Shown piece after piece: positions 44,951 to 54,912 of a stretch of 61,347 bases of DNA (its first letter is position 1; each line of letters begins with the position of its first letter). Under the pieces are notes generated by a model that had not been told where the DNA came from, did not search any database, and worked only from the letters and a program-made list of their open reading frames with translations. This stretch comes from an uncultured virus (IMG/VR IMGVR_UViG_2061766007_001638) (Duplodnaviria; Heunggongvirae; Uroviricota; Caudoviricetes), in IMG/VR virus record IMGVR_UViG_2061766007_001638; one strand, written 5' to 3'. Position numbers and translations under genes: made by a program.

Positions 44951-46055
44951 AATCTATCTTGCACAGGGGTCGTCGAGAAACGTTTTTGCCAGCGACGAAT
45001 ACCCAGATGAAATCATAAAGAAGCCAATTCCAGAACGGTTCAAGGCTGGCCTTATCCAAAATGCGACAGAAGTGGAAAACTACAGAATCGCAAAGAAAGC
45101 TGGACTGTCGTGCTTTGCGAACGTGACTTGGAATTCAAGGGACAAATCAGAAATACGTTCCGAGAGGTGTGCATTCGTAAGCCACGACGACTTCAACAGA
45201 AGATACCGAAACGACTTCCTTAAATGCGGAATGGCACCAAACGACGACCTTCTGAAGTTTTTCGCATGGAGAACCACGTTCGCATTCAACAGGATTCTCG
45301 ACGCGGCTGAAAAAAGAGGAATCAAGAGAAAGGTCAATAAGATAGTTGGATTTCTCGACTTGGAAAAGGACATTCTCCTGTCTGGTGGTTCTCCTACGCT
45401 GAACCTCATAGTTGACATGTTCTTGAACAGGAACGAAAACCTGAAACTGTTCAGGGACATATTCTCGTTTTCCATAGAAAACAAGAACAGGCTTCTTGTG
45501 GACGACCTGTGGCAACCTTCGCAATACGGTTTGACGAAATACGGAAACATAGTCGTGATAGATTACGGCTACAGTGTGGACCTCAGCAAATCCGAACTGT
45601 ACGGAATCTCCAAGAAGAAAACGAATATCAACCCAGATATGAAGGAGTTCAAATCTTCCTTCCAGATAGGAAGCCTTCTTTTTATGGTTGATTCCGAGAA
45701 TAGGACACAGATGAAAGACGCCGACGGAATTTGGTGGACCAAATCTACAAGGACCGTTTACGTATCTCCAGAAACTGCGGTCTCTGCAATCAAGTCGGTA
45801 AGAAGCCGAGTGGACTTCAATAGGGTGTTCAGGGTTGAAAGCAAATGGGCGACAAGCCTCGTGTTCGAAGAACTTGCAAATGAAAAGAGAACTCCTCTTA
45901 CGAACGAGATACTTTTCTCGGTAGAGCCGAAACCTGGCCTAGTTCCCCTTGAGCTGTACCTAACAGAAGACAACGTCGTCAGGAATTTCTACACGACGGC
46001 ACTTGTAAACGGTATAGAAAATGAAACCATACGGGAAATCAAATATGAGCTATGA
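44943..46055 (+). CDS. Protein kinase-like fold protein with C-terminal extension
   Basis: AQGSSRNVF, IIKK, QN..E, DL....YG....IVVIDYG. Confidence 0.55.
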   Translation: MARIYLAQGSSRNVFASDEYPDEIIKKPIPERFKAGLIQNATEVENYRIAKKAGLSCFANVTWNSRDKSEIRSERCAFVSHDDFNRRYRNDFLKCGMAPNDDLLKFFAWRTTFAFNRILDAAEKRGIKRKVNKIVGFLDLEKDILLSGGSPTLNLIVDMFLNRNENLKLFRDIFSFSIENKNRLLVDDLWQPSQYGLTKYGNIVVIDYGYSVDLSKSELYGISKKKTNINPDMKEFKSSFQIGSLLFMVDSENRTQMKDADGIWWTKSTRTVYVSPETAVSAIKSVRSRVDFNRVFRVESKWATSLVFEELANEKRTPLTNEILFSVEPKPGLVPLELYLTEDNVVRNFYTTALVNGIENETIREIKYEL

Positions 46056-46614
46056 AGAATTGATGGACGTTCTTATACACAGAAGGTCGTGCAGGAATTT
46101 CAAGGAAACAAAAGTTCCAGATGAACTTGTGAATAAGATAATGGAAGCTGGTCTATGGTGTCCTTCTGCGCACAACAACCAAGATTCCATAATTGTCAGG
46201 ATAAAGAATCCAAATGAAATGGAAAGGCTAAGAAAATCGACTTCTCGTATAATGATAAACAAGGACGATTTCGACCCATTCTACGGAGCTCCAGAGGTTT
46301 TGATTGTAGCAAGAAGAAACGGATTCAATTCGGACAGAGACCTTGGAAACATGGATGGAACTCTCGTCATGTCAAACATGATTCTCGCGGCTGAAACCCT
46401 TGGTCTTGCGACTTGCTGGGTAAACACGGCCCAGATAAACCACATGTTCATATGGAACGTTCTTCCAGATATACTTTCAAAAGCAACTGGAGAAAATCCT
46501 ACAGAATGCGATAATCCACCATTTATAGGCGTTGGTTATCTGGCATTAGGATACAGAAATGGAGAAGCTGGAGAACCACTTCCAAGAAAACCAAACAGGA
46601 TATTTGAAATATAA
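46045..46614 (+). CDS. Nitroreductase family protein
   Basis: RRSCRNF, AG.W.PSAHNNQ, FYGAP, NMILAAETLGLATCWV, LALGY. Confidence 0.9.
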   Translation: MSYEELMDVLIHRRSCRNFKETKVPDELVNKIMEAGLWCPSAHNNQDSIIVRIKNPNEMERLRKSTSRIMINKDDFDPFYGAPEVLIVARRNGFNSDRDLGNMDGTLVMSNMILAAETLGLATCWVNTAQINHMFIWNVLPDILSKATGENPTECDNPPFIGVGYLALGYRNGEAGEPLPRKPNRIFEI

Positions 46615-47086
46615 TGGACATTTTCGGAACAAGATGGCGCATAGTCGAGAAGAGGAAATGTCCCCATAGCAGGGACCTCTCCACGAAATGGGTTGTACAG
46701 CACAAGTTTCTCGGCTTGTTCTGGNNNNNNNNNNNNNNNNNNNNNNNNNNNNNNNNNNNNNNNNNNNNNNNNNNNNNNNNNNNNNNNNNNNNNNNNNNNN
46801 NNNNNNNNNNNNNNNNNNNNNNNNNNNNNNNNNNNNNNNNNNNNNNNNNNNNNNNNNNNNNNNNNNNNNNNNNNNNNNNNNNNNNNNNNNNNNNNNNNNN
46901 NNNNNNNNNNNNNTATCTTAAAAAGCGGGCATTATGAAAGTAATGGAATGCTTTTCGTAATGCATGATTCTGTATCGGAAATCAGTAAGAATGTAAATGA
47001 AGTCCTAATGAAAGCCGACGTAACAGGTTATACCGTCGACAACAGACAACAATATGACCCGAACTGCAAAATAAAGGACAGAGATG

Positions 47087-47602
47087 ATGGCGTTCTCATT
47101 ATATAAATTCCTTGTGAAGGAATGGAAGGTCCTGGAAATAACAGATTACTATACCGACAACCATATTTCATCTTGGCATATATACGGAAAACTATTTGGG
47201 CTGTTCTGGGTAGAACTGTTCAAAAACAAGGCATTTGTAAGTCCACATTCTTTTCATCAGGTGAACCGTGGATATAGAACGCCTGGGGACGCGTTACACA
47301 AGATAACGTCAGAGGTTGGGAACAAAACTGCATCCAAGAACCGTCTGATTGTAAGAAAAGACCCGTTTAATCCCAAATACAACGAGAATGATGTATTCAG
47401 ATATTCAGTCATAAAATCCAGGAATTTCCACGAAGAGGAGAAATATTCCGTTGCAAAAGGATTTTATTTTTTCGACCGATACAACGAAACTTTCGTGATA
47501 CTGGAATCCGTCGTCGATGGATGCGACTCGCCAAAAGAGGCCATCATGAAGGCTTCTCTTATGGGAATAACCGTAGACAATCCAAACCGTTTCCGTAAAT
47601 AA
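47087..47602 (+). CDS. Hypothetical protein
   Basis: ORF; KLFGLFW motif similar to KFLGLFW in the partly masked gene starting at 46614. Confidence 0.6.
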   Translation: MAFSLYKFLVKEWKVLEITDYYTDNHISSWHIYGKLFGLFWVELFKNKAFVSPHSFHQVNRGYRTPGDALHKITSEVGNKTASKNRLIVRKDPFNPKYNENDVFRYSVIKSRNFHEEEKYSVAKGFYFFDRYNETFVILESVVDGCDSPKEAIMKASLMGITVDNPNRFRK

Positions 47603-47610
47603 TACGGTAA

Positions 47611-48119
47611 ATGAGTTTGTACAACAGTAGCATGTATAGTCCGCTTTAGGGCAGACGGCTTCAGTTCGGAAGTTCCGCGTTCCAGAGAAATTCGAACGCA
47701 TCCGTTCCGAACCAGGTTCCGTCGTTCAACGGGTTTGGATGCATGGGAGACGACGGGCTTCATACACCGCATCAAGACGTTCCGATGCCGATGTCTGGAG
47801 ACTAGTCAAGAATGGTTCCCCCAGGAAAGGGAGAGTGGAACGGTGGCGGATATGGGTGGAGAAACATAGCAAGGGGATTTCTGGGAAATGTTGGAGGAGG
47901 GGGAACATGGAACAGGTAGGACGAACTTTACTTCGACCCGTCGAGACCGAAGGAAATGTCCCTCGGTTTTTCCAGATAGNNNNNNNNNNNNNNTCGGAAC
48001 GGAAAAACATGGAAATCGTCAAGAACATGAACAACAAGCAGAAAAGACTCCTGACCGCCTTGCAGAAAGGCAGAATTTTCAAGCTGTCCAGGCTGATACC
48101 AGAGAAAAATCCAAGGTAA
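47611..48119 (+). CDS. Gly/Pro-rich hypothetical protein visible only with TAG as sense
   Basis: GTAAATA 47595; ATG 47611; in-frame TAGs 47647, 47803, 47917, 47977 and no TAA/TGA before the N gap. Confidence 0.65.
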
Positions 48120-48128
48120 ATATCTTAA

Positions 48129-48910
48129 ATGGGAAACATTAGCCAAGAGATTNNNNNNNNNNNNNNNNNNNNNNNNNNNNNNNGGCTGGAGGATTCGGAA
48201 ACGAAGGTATTTTCAAACTGCTTTCCGACGGGGAAAGCGGTTCTGCGATACCAAACACCACCGACCCGATTCTTGACATGATTGACAAGATAAACAACGA
48301 CTCTGGATACGGGAAAGTGGTCGACGCCGACGGAAACGAGGTTCTGTAGGGAGAGGACAAATTCCTCGCTGAATTGGGCCAGCTCAAGGGGCTTAACACC
48401 AACTTCTCCCATTCGAACAAATGGGTAGGTTATTTTCCTCTTGCGAACGTCCTCGGAAAGAAGTACAGCAATCTTGAGCTCAACCTGACGAGGTTCTCCA
48501 TTCCGTAGATGGTCATGGGCTCGACTAGCACGACATTCAAGGGATACACCTATGAATTCCCTACTCATCTCCTCGACGCAGACACAAAGGAAATAGTCAT
48601 AGAGTACATCATCGACGAGAAATGGCAGAACTACAAGTCTTTCTTCCTGTGGTGTTCCGCGTCTGAGGGACAGGTCAACCAGGTTGCGGACACAAGAGAC
48701 GTCTAGACAATTTCGATGAAAGACCTGATAGATTGCAGGATTTGGCTCATTGACTCATTCAAGAACAGGATTGTCGACTTCGTTTTCGAAAACTGCTGGA
48801 TAAAGAATTTCCAGGACCTGTCACTCGAAGCCAACAATCCAGAGGAAGTTCACCACACGATAACCCTTGCGTATTCGAACTTCTACCTCGACAACGCGAG
48901 AAACAAGTAA
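48129..48910 (+). CDS. Tail tube-fold protein (T4 gp3/gp19-like; TAG read-through)
   Basis: FSIP(TAG)M.MG...IEYIIDEKWQNY...W...LIDSFKN...F.FENCW...ITLAYSNF; TAGs 48347, 48506, 48704; GTAAATA 48116. Confidence 0.7.
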
Positions 48911-48936
48911 AGGGTAAATAAAACCAAGGACCAGAC

Positions 48937-50080
48937 ATGAAAAGACTCGATTACAACTTCAGCGAATACATGGACGCGTTCAACAGCGTCGCAAGGAAAA
49001 TATTAAGGGAATCAATCGACGAGGAATACGACGCCGACCAGGTTTCACAGGAAATCGACGAAGCCCAGGTGACATACAACAAGATTCAGAAAATCCTGAA
49101 TTGCCCAGAGATGATTAAGTCTCACGCATATCTGTACGCTCTTGACATGGAGAACGTGGACGAGTGCGACAGGAAGAAAATAGACAAGCTGTATGACCTT
49201 GGGGTTGCAAGGGGAGTCATAGACGATACCCCCCAAAATGACGTATCCGACAACCCAGATGGAGATTCAGAAACAAACGGAGACGAAATCTGCGGAGGTC
49301 CAGACGACGCCCTGACTGGACAGGAAATGGTCCCTGGACAGATGAAACCATCCATGATGTCCAGGGCCTTCACGGTCCTGTATTCAGCCATGAAAGACGG
49401 ACAGGTCAAGACTGGGGAGTTCTTCTCGTCCGCCACGGACCAGGACGCCGCGAAGAGCGACTGCATTTCAAGCCTGTCGCCTCTTGGATACGCGAACATA
49501 AGGATTCTCGGAATAGAACAGGCAAACGATGCCGTTGACATGGGAGATTCCGACTTGGACACCCTTGACGAAGACTCGAAGACCGACGCAGAAGACGAGG
49601 CACAGGAAACTGGAGACACGTCTTCACAGGAACAGAACGGAGAAGAAGAAACAAAGACCTCCGACGGGGAAAATGCTGAAAATGGCGGGNNNNNNNNNNN
49701 NNNNNNNNNNNNNNNNNNNNNNNNNNNNNTGGAAACGGGCAAGATTCCGATGAGACGGATTCTGAGGCCGAAACTTCCAAGGATGACAATTCCACAGAAA
49801 ATAACAGTGAAAATTCCGAGAAATCGGATGGAACCAGCTCTTCCGAGGGAGAAACGGAAAAGAAGCTGACCCCCACTGAAAAAGGTGTACTAAAAGACGA
49901 ATTCGTTGGAATGTTCAAGGCTGAACTTCAGGCAACGAAGCTTGAAAAATCGCCAAATGACATGAATATCAAGGAAAAAGCCGATTTCTGGAACAAAATC
50001 CTCGAAAAGTGGAAAAAACAGGACCCAGAGGAATTCATGAGTCCAAAGGAAATCGAAAAACTGAACAACACTGTGATAAA
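48937..50080 (+). CDS. Acidic hypothetical protein (3' end masked)
   Basis: GTAAATA 48914, AAGGA SD; long D/E/S-rich linker. Confidence 0.65.
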
Positions 50081-50523
50081 NNNNNNNNNNNNNNNNNNNN
50101 NNNNNNNNNNNNNNNNNNNNNNNNNNNNNNNNNNTTTCGTAACAAGTAGCGAGTTTTTTAATGGAATATGAAGAAATACCGTCGGACAGAAAGTGCTGTC
50201 TGAATTGCGCGGCGTTCGAGGACAGGACTGGTTTTTGCAGGAGGCNNNNNNNNNNNNNNNNNNNNNNNNNNNNNNNNNNNNNNNNNNNNNNNNNNNNNNN
50301 NNNNNNNNNNNNNNNNNNNNNNNNNNNNNNNNNNNNNNNNNNNNNNNNNNNNNNNNNNNNNNNNNNNNNGAATGATGTATTGTTCAGAAATTGATTCTTC
50401 AAGTTTCATCCTTCTTCTCAAAACTGATTGGTGAGCTTGTCAAGGGTATTCCTCATGATGGCATTGAACTCTTGCAACTATCCATTTAGTTTTACGGAAG
50501 ACTCTGTTATCTTTTAATTTTAT

Positions 50524-51327
50524 TCATTGTAGTCCGAACCTTGACTTGTCCAATGCGTAGTTGGCCTGCTGCTCGGCCAAAGTGAGCTACCTGTTGTAAA
50601 GCCTGATGCAGTAGACATCGCCTATTATTCCACTTGAAGATGGATATGGGTTTCCGACAAACTGCCTTATGGGCGAAATCGCTCCCTGTGGAATAGTAGC
50701 GTCGCCCTCAGCAATCCAGGATGTCACGACCCACTATGTTCCGTTTCTGACAATCCTCACAGGCGTTGAACCTCTGTCGTAGTTGCTGTCTGTTGTCGGA
50801 TATACCACGGAGAAGCCCCAAGTTCCAGTTGGCATTGAAGTTCCGCTCTGTCCAGACGGTTCAGCATATCCAGTAGAGAACATCCAGCCGCGCTTTCCAT
50901 CATTAACGTCCCAGGCGAGCATCCTTCTTGTCATCTGCCAGGTGTTGCTCAAAAATCTCGTTCCAAACGTGAATGCCCTGATTCTGCTGTTGTTAGTGGT
51001 CACGTTGTACGAGTCTTCCACCTTGAAACAGACTTCCATCGTCTGAATGTTCTCGCGCGGAATGGCGTTCTCGCATATAGCCCTTGAACTGAACGTGTCA
51101 AGGTGGAATGAGTTGCTTTTCCAGGAGCACTGGTCAAGTGTTGTGAAGTCATATGTGCTTCCTAAACTTCCGAGATTCTTCCACGTCGGCGCGCTCGCGT
51201 TGTGAATTCCGCCACCAGCGTTCCACTCGCCGTCATATTGCGCTATGAGTCCGTCGGTGACGTAGGGATTTGTCCAACCGCCAGCCTTCTGCACCCAGAA
51301 AAAAATATTCTTACCAAGAAGGCTCAT
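50524..51327 (-). CDS. Tail-associated module, LamG/ConA-like (type B; TAG read-through at 50734 and 50587)
   Basis: PYVTDGLIAQYDGEWNAG...WKNL; C-terminal CIRLYNR(TAG)LTLAEQQANYALDKSRF matches paralog CIRIYSRILSEDEIKKNHEIDKIRF. Confidence 0.75.
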
Positions 51328-51403
51328 GCCGACTCCTTACACTCCAAACGGCGATAAGAGGAAAAGAAGAGAGAGAGAGAGAGATGTCGAATATCTTAAA
51401 CAT
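51311..51403 (-). CDS. 30-aa leader mini-ORF containing a (TC)8 tract
   Basis: GGGGAGG SD 5 nt before ATG 51403; MFKIFDISLSLSSFPLIAVWSVRSRHEPSW*. Confidence 0.55.
   Translation of the reverse strand: MFKIFDISLSLSSFPLIAVWSVRSRHEPSW
51369..51384. repeat. (GA)8 / (TC)8 microsatellite
   Basis: Read directly. Confidence 0.95.
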
Positions 51404-51424
51404 TTATACCTCCCCATTCATATT

Positions 51425-52092
51425 TTAGGTTTTGTCCGACCACGTGAACGCGCCCGTGCCTTGGTTGCGGTAAAGCCCGTCTGTGCGCAGAGAGCCGTCT
51501 GGGTCCATTCCAACGGTCGGGTTCACTCGGTCGTACNNNNNNNNNNNNNNNNTTTGTTCGTGAAGCGGACGGGCACGAGGTCGCGAACCAGCTCTCCGCC
51601 TATCGTCCACATCTTGCAGTATTTCACCTGTCTGACGCCACCAGTGTCAATATGCTGGCTCTTGAACAACCAGAATCCAGAATTGTCGTGCAGTCCAAGT
51701 ACATTGAGCGCAGTGGGCCTAAGTTTCACGCCGTCGAAGTACGCACCATCGTTCAAAAGCTGCGCCACATGGAAATTGGTGTCATAGTTGATGTTCGCCC
51801 AATAGCTTGAATTATCGGGTCCTGCTCCGCATCTGTACCCATTGTAATACCCGACCAGATACAGTCTGGCGCTCGGATTGTTGTTCCAGTACCCGAACAC
51901 CCACGTGTCGTTCGACGGCCTTGACGTGTACCGATACTCAATCTCGACCTGGTAGCCCGTATACTGCGCGGGCGGCACACATCCAGTGTCGATATACTGT
52001 GTTCCCGTGGACTCCAGGTACTCCACCTCCGCGTCGTAGGGGAGTCTTTTAATTGGAGAGGACTGGTAGAAGTTTTTAGAAGCGATTAACAT
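51425..52092 (-). CDS. Tail-associated module (type A)
   Basis: LPYDAEVEYLESTGTQYIDTG...LVRDLVPVRF...YDRV...NQGTGAF. Confidence 0.75.
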
Positions 52093-52102
52093 TTACTACC
52101 TC

Positions 52103-52780
52103 TCATGATATATTGAACCTGATTTTGTCTATTTCATGGTTCTTCTTTATTTCATCTTCGGACAATATTCTTGAATATATCCTTATGCAGTGGGCGNNNN
52201 NNNNNNNCTGTTCACGCGTGTCTCCGAGTATGCCAATCATTCCCTCTTTAAAGCCCCACGTATCAGAAGAGTCTTTTACCATGAGCCCAGAGTTCTTGTA
52301 ACCACGCTGAACAGTAGATGTCAAGGTTGCGGTTTCATTTGGTTTCATCTTGTATAAAGAATTTATAGCGAAATAATTCGACCATTCTGGACTATTTCCT
52401 TGTTTAAGAACGATACATGGGTACAGATTTGTATATAATATCGGTCCTACCACGAGAAGGGCCTGTGAACCTCCGTATATATCCGACGGCATTGTTATGC
52501 ACATTTCAAGTGTTTCCAGCTTTACTCCGCTGTAGTTCATTACGGCAACTGGCTTCATGTTTGAATTTGATTTGATTCTCCCAACTCCGTTTTTTGTCAA
52601 TACTGAAACCGCGCTTCTTAACGATAGGTCATTTCCGTTCCCAGAGGAATCAATCCATTTATACTGCTCTTTGCCTCGGTTGATTCCATCCCACAATGCG
52701 AAAATACCGTCTTGAACGTAGTCTTTTTCAGTTGGTGTAGATTTTCCATGGAAAAACGTGTTTCTCGAGGCTACAATCAT
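52103..52780 (-). CDS. Tail-associated module, LamG/ConA-like (type B)
   Basis: DYVQDGIFALWDGI..G...W.D.SGNGNDL...CIRIYSRILS..EI..N..ID..RF; GGAGGTG SD. Confidence 0.75.
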   Translation of the reverse strand: MIVASRNTFFHGKSTPTEKDYVQDGIFALWDGINRGKEQYKWIDSSGNGNDLSLRSAVSVLTKNGVGRIKSNSNMKPVAVMNYSGVKLETLEMCITMPSDIYGGSQALLVVGPILYTNLYPCIVLKQGNSPEWSNYFAINSLYKMKPNETATLTSTVQRGYKNSGLMVKDSSDTWGFKEGMIGILGDTREQXXXXAHCIRIYSRILSEDEIKKNHEIDKIRFNIS

Positions 52781-52800
52781 CTCGTCACCTCCGAAACTCT

Positions 52801-52819
52801 AGAGAGAGAGAGAGAGAGA
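52801..52819. repeat. (AG)n / (CT)n microsatellite, at least 19 nt, cut off by Ns
   Basis: Read directly. Confidence 0.95.
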
Positions 52820-52877
52820 NNNNNNNNNNNNNNNNNNNNNNNNNNNNNNNNNNNNNNNNNNNNNNNNNNNNNNNNNN

Positions 52878-53494
52878 TTGTCTTCGCTATTCCAGTTTTC
52901 TCTCGGATTTTTTTTTTGGACTGAATCATAAAATACGTGTGCGTTGTCCGAGATTCGTACACATGGATATAAATGGGCGATTTCGATTCCGTCTCTTGTA
53001 ATAATGGTTTCTCCCAACCCAGTTCCTTTGCATACTGACCTGTTGACGCCGTTNNNNNNNNNNNNNNNNCCGTTGAAACCAGAATCACTTGTCGCTGTTC
53101 TTACGGTTCCATTCCAGTCAATCGTCGTTTTAGTGGAGGAAACATCGCATTTCATAATGTTTCCTCCAGCTCCAGTCCCAATCGTAGACCAATACTATCN
53201 NNNNNNNNNNNNNNNNNNNNNNNNNNNNNNNNNNNNNNCAGCAAAACCGTATCCAGTCCACGTCCCAGTTTCAAAAAACGCCCCAAACCAACACCAACTA
53301 CTGTAGCTGCTAGAAGAATACCCGTCTGTTTCAAGGTGCCAATTTCCGTCGTTGTATACGCCAGTTTGGTACATGCATAGAGTCTAAGTTGGATTTCCGT
53401 TATCGTCCTTTACTATATACTTGACCCTCCTGTATCCAGAAGGAACAGGTTCACTGGTTCCAAAAGAGAAAATCTTCCTTGAAGCTATCAACAT
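52878..53494 (-). CDS. Tail-associated module (type A-like; TAG at 53384; 3' end masked)
   Basis: MLIASRKIFSFG...PSGYRRVKYI...; C-terminal IAHLYPCVRISD...FYDSV. Confidence 0.65.
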
Positions 53495-53498
53495 GTCA

Positions 53499-54029
53499 TC
53501 AGATTTCAGTTGGTATCATATCCAAGAATGAATCCACTTCTTCCCTTGTCTTTCCAAGAGCGACTGCAGCTCCGTCCAATATGGAATTCCATCTTTCTTC
53601 CGTTGGATATCCCTCCTTGACGTAATTGCAGTCTGCAAGGGCTTTCCAGGCGCTATAATCTGGCTTTAGTTCAATCGAGGAAAGATACTGCTCTGCGACA
53701 GATAGGATATGCGCGTCGGCAAGTGCCCCCTTTACCGAAAGCCTTGTCCATATTCTTGGAGGAGGCGGAGGAACTTCCCTTGTCTCATATGTCCTTTTCC
53801 ACTTGTCTCCGTCGCGCTCCCATCCAACGGCAACTGCGTAATATCCATCTTCCGTTTCTGGCGGCACTTCATATATTTCAAGATATGGCTGAAGTCCTAG
53901 CTTCTGTCGTTCTACGTTTACAACCTGGAAATGCTCTTCAACTGGATTGCACACAAGGGAATTTCCTATCCTCACGGCAGAAGGTGCCTGTACCATGATT
54001 CCGTTTTCTAATGTTCCGTACTTCTTCAT
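53499..54029 (-). CDS. Hypothetical protein, possibly tail fibre assembly-related
   Basis: MKKYGTLENG...AP...NP...GW...YE...PPPPR; lies between the fibre-like gene and the module cassette. Confidence 0.55.
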   Translation of the reverse strand: MKKYGTLENGIMVQAPSAVRIGNSLVCNPVEEHFQVVNVERQKLGLQPYLEIYEVPPETEDGYYAVAVGWERDGDKWKRTYETREVPPPPPRIWTRLSVKGALADAHILSVAEQYLSSIELKPDYSAWKALADCNYVKEGYPTEERWNSILDGAAVALGKTREEVDSFLDMIPTEI

Positions 54030-54047
54030 TTATGAAATTCCTTTCCG

Positions 54048-54911
54048 TTATCCGTTGTTGGATGGAGGTGCTACCTCCACCATCTGTTTAAGAGACACTG
54101 CGAACCAGCCCTGCTTCATTTCGGTAAACGAATACGACCACGTTCCAGAAAGAGATGGAACTGGAAACTGTGCAGTTGACGGGTCTGAACCGTCTACGTA
54201 GAAATGAACCTCTTCCTGTCCGCTCGGAGTAAACGTTATTAACCCTCCGAAATCCTATACGGTCTGTGGAATGTCCAATGTTACGATGAAATCCCTTACT
54301 CTATTTCCAGGCGGAGGAAACGATAACTGCGTTGCTGCGTCTATCGAGAGGTAGTTTACCGCCATGTCCTCAATTTGACCAGATTGAATCTCGTTAAAAA
54401 CGTACTTCGTGTCTTCTACGTCTGCCTTTGTCGAAAGTTCGTCGCTAAGTCCGAAAAGCTGCCCAAGGTTCACTGCGTCGGAAATGTCCGTTCCATCCTG
54501 TACGTTCTTCACCTGCATTCCGTACATGTTATTGTATTCGGATGATACGACGTACACTACGTTGCTTATTGCTCCTTTTTCGAGTATTTTATAATATTCT
54601 GTGTCCGAGACATGCAAGAAACTTACGTCGCTTTTGTAACCGTCGACTGAAATCTGGGGAACCGATGAGACATCGGCCTTTGAAGATATCTCCGCGTTCA
54701 CGTAATCGCTTAAACCAGAGACGTCTTTGTAGCTTATTATCTATCCAGATGTTATCTCGTTCAATGGAAGATTAGTCTCCGTAAAAGTATTTGTGGNNNN
54801 NNNNNNNNNNNNATATATGTTCTCGTCGTCTCCCCTTATTTTCTTGTTGTTGTCGGAATAATATCTTATAAGATTCATTCCGTCTAGTGTCACGTTTTCT
54901 GAACTTATCAT
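54048..54911 (-). CDS. Tail fibre-like protein (TAG read-through at 54741 and 54255)
   Basis: KAD repeats, VKNVQDG...DAVNLGQL (YadA-stalk-like), C-terminal LSFPPP..VRDFIV.L...YSFTE...WFAVS. Confidence 0.6.
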
Positions 54912-54912
54912 G

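Noticed and set aside
47602..48120. Structured ncRNA in an apparent intergenic gap
   Set aside because: Explained by a TAG-containing ORF; no convincing long stems seen.
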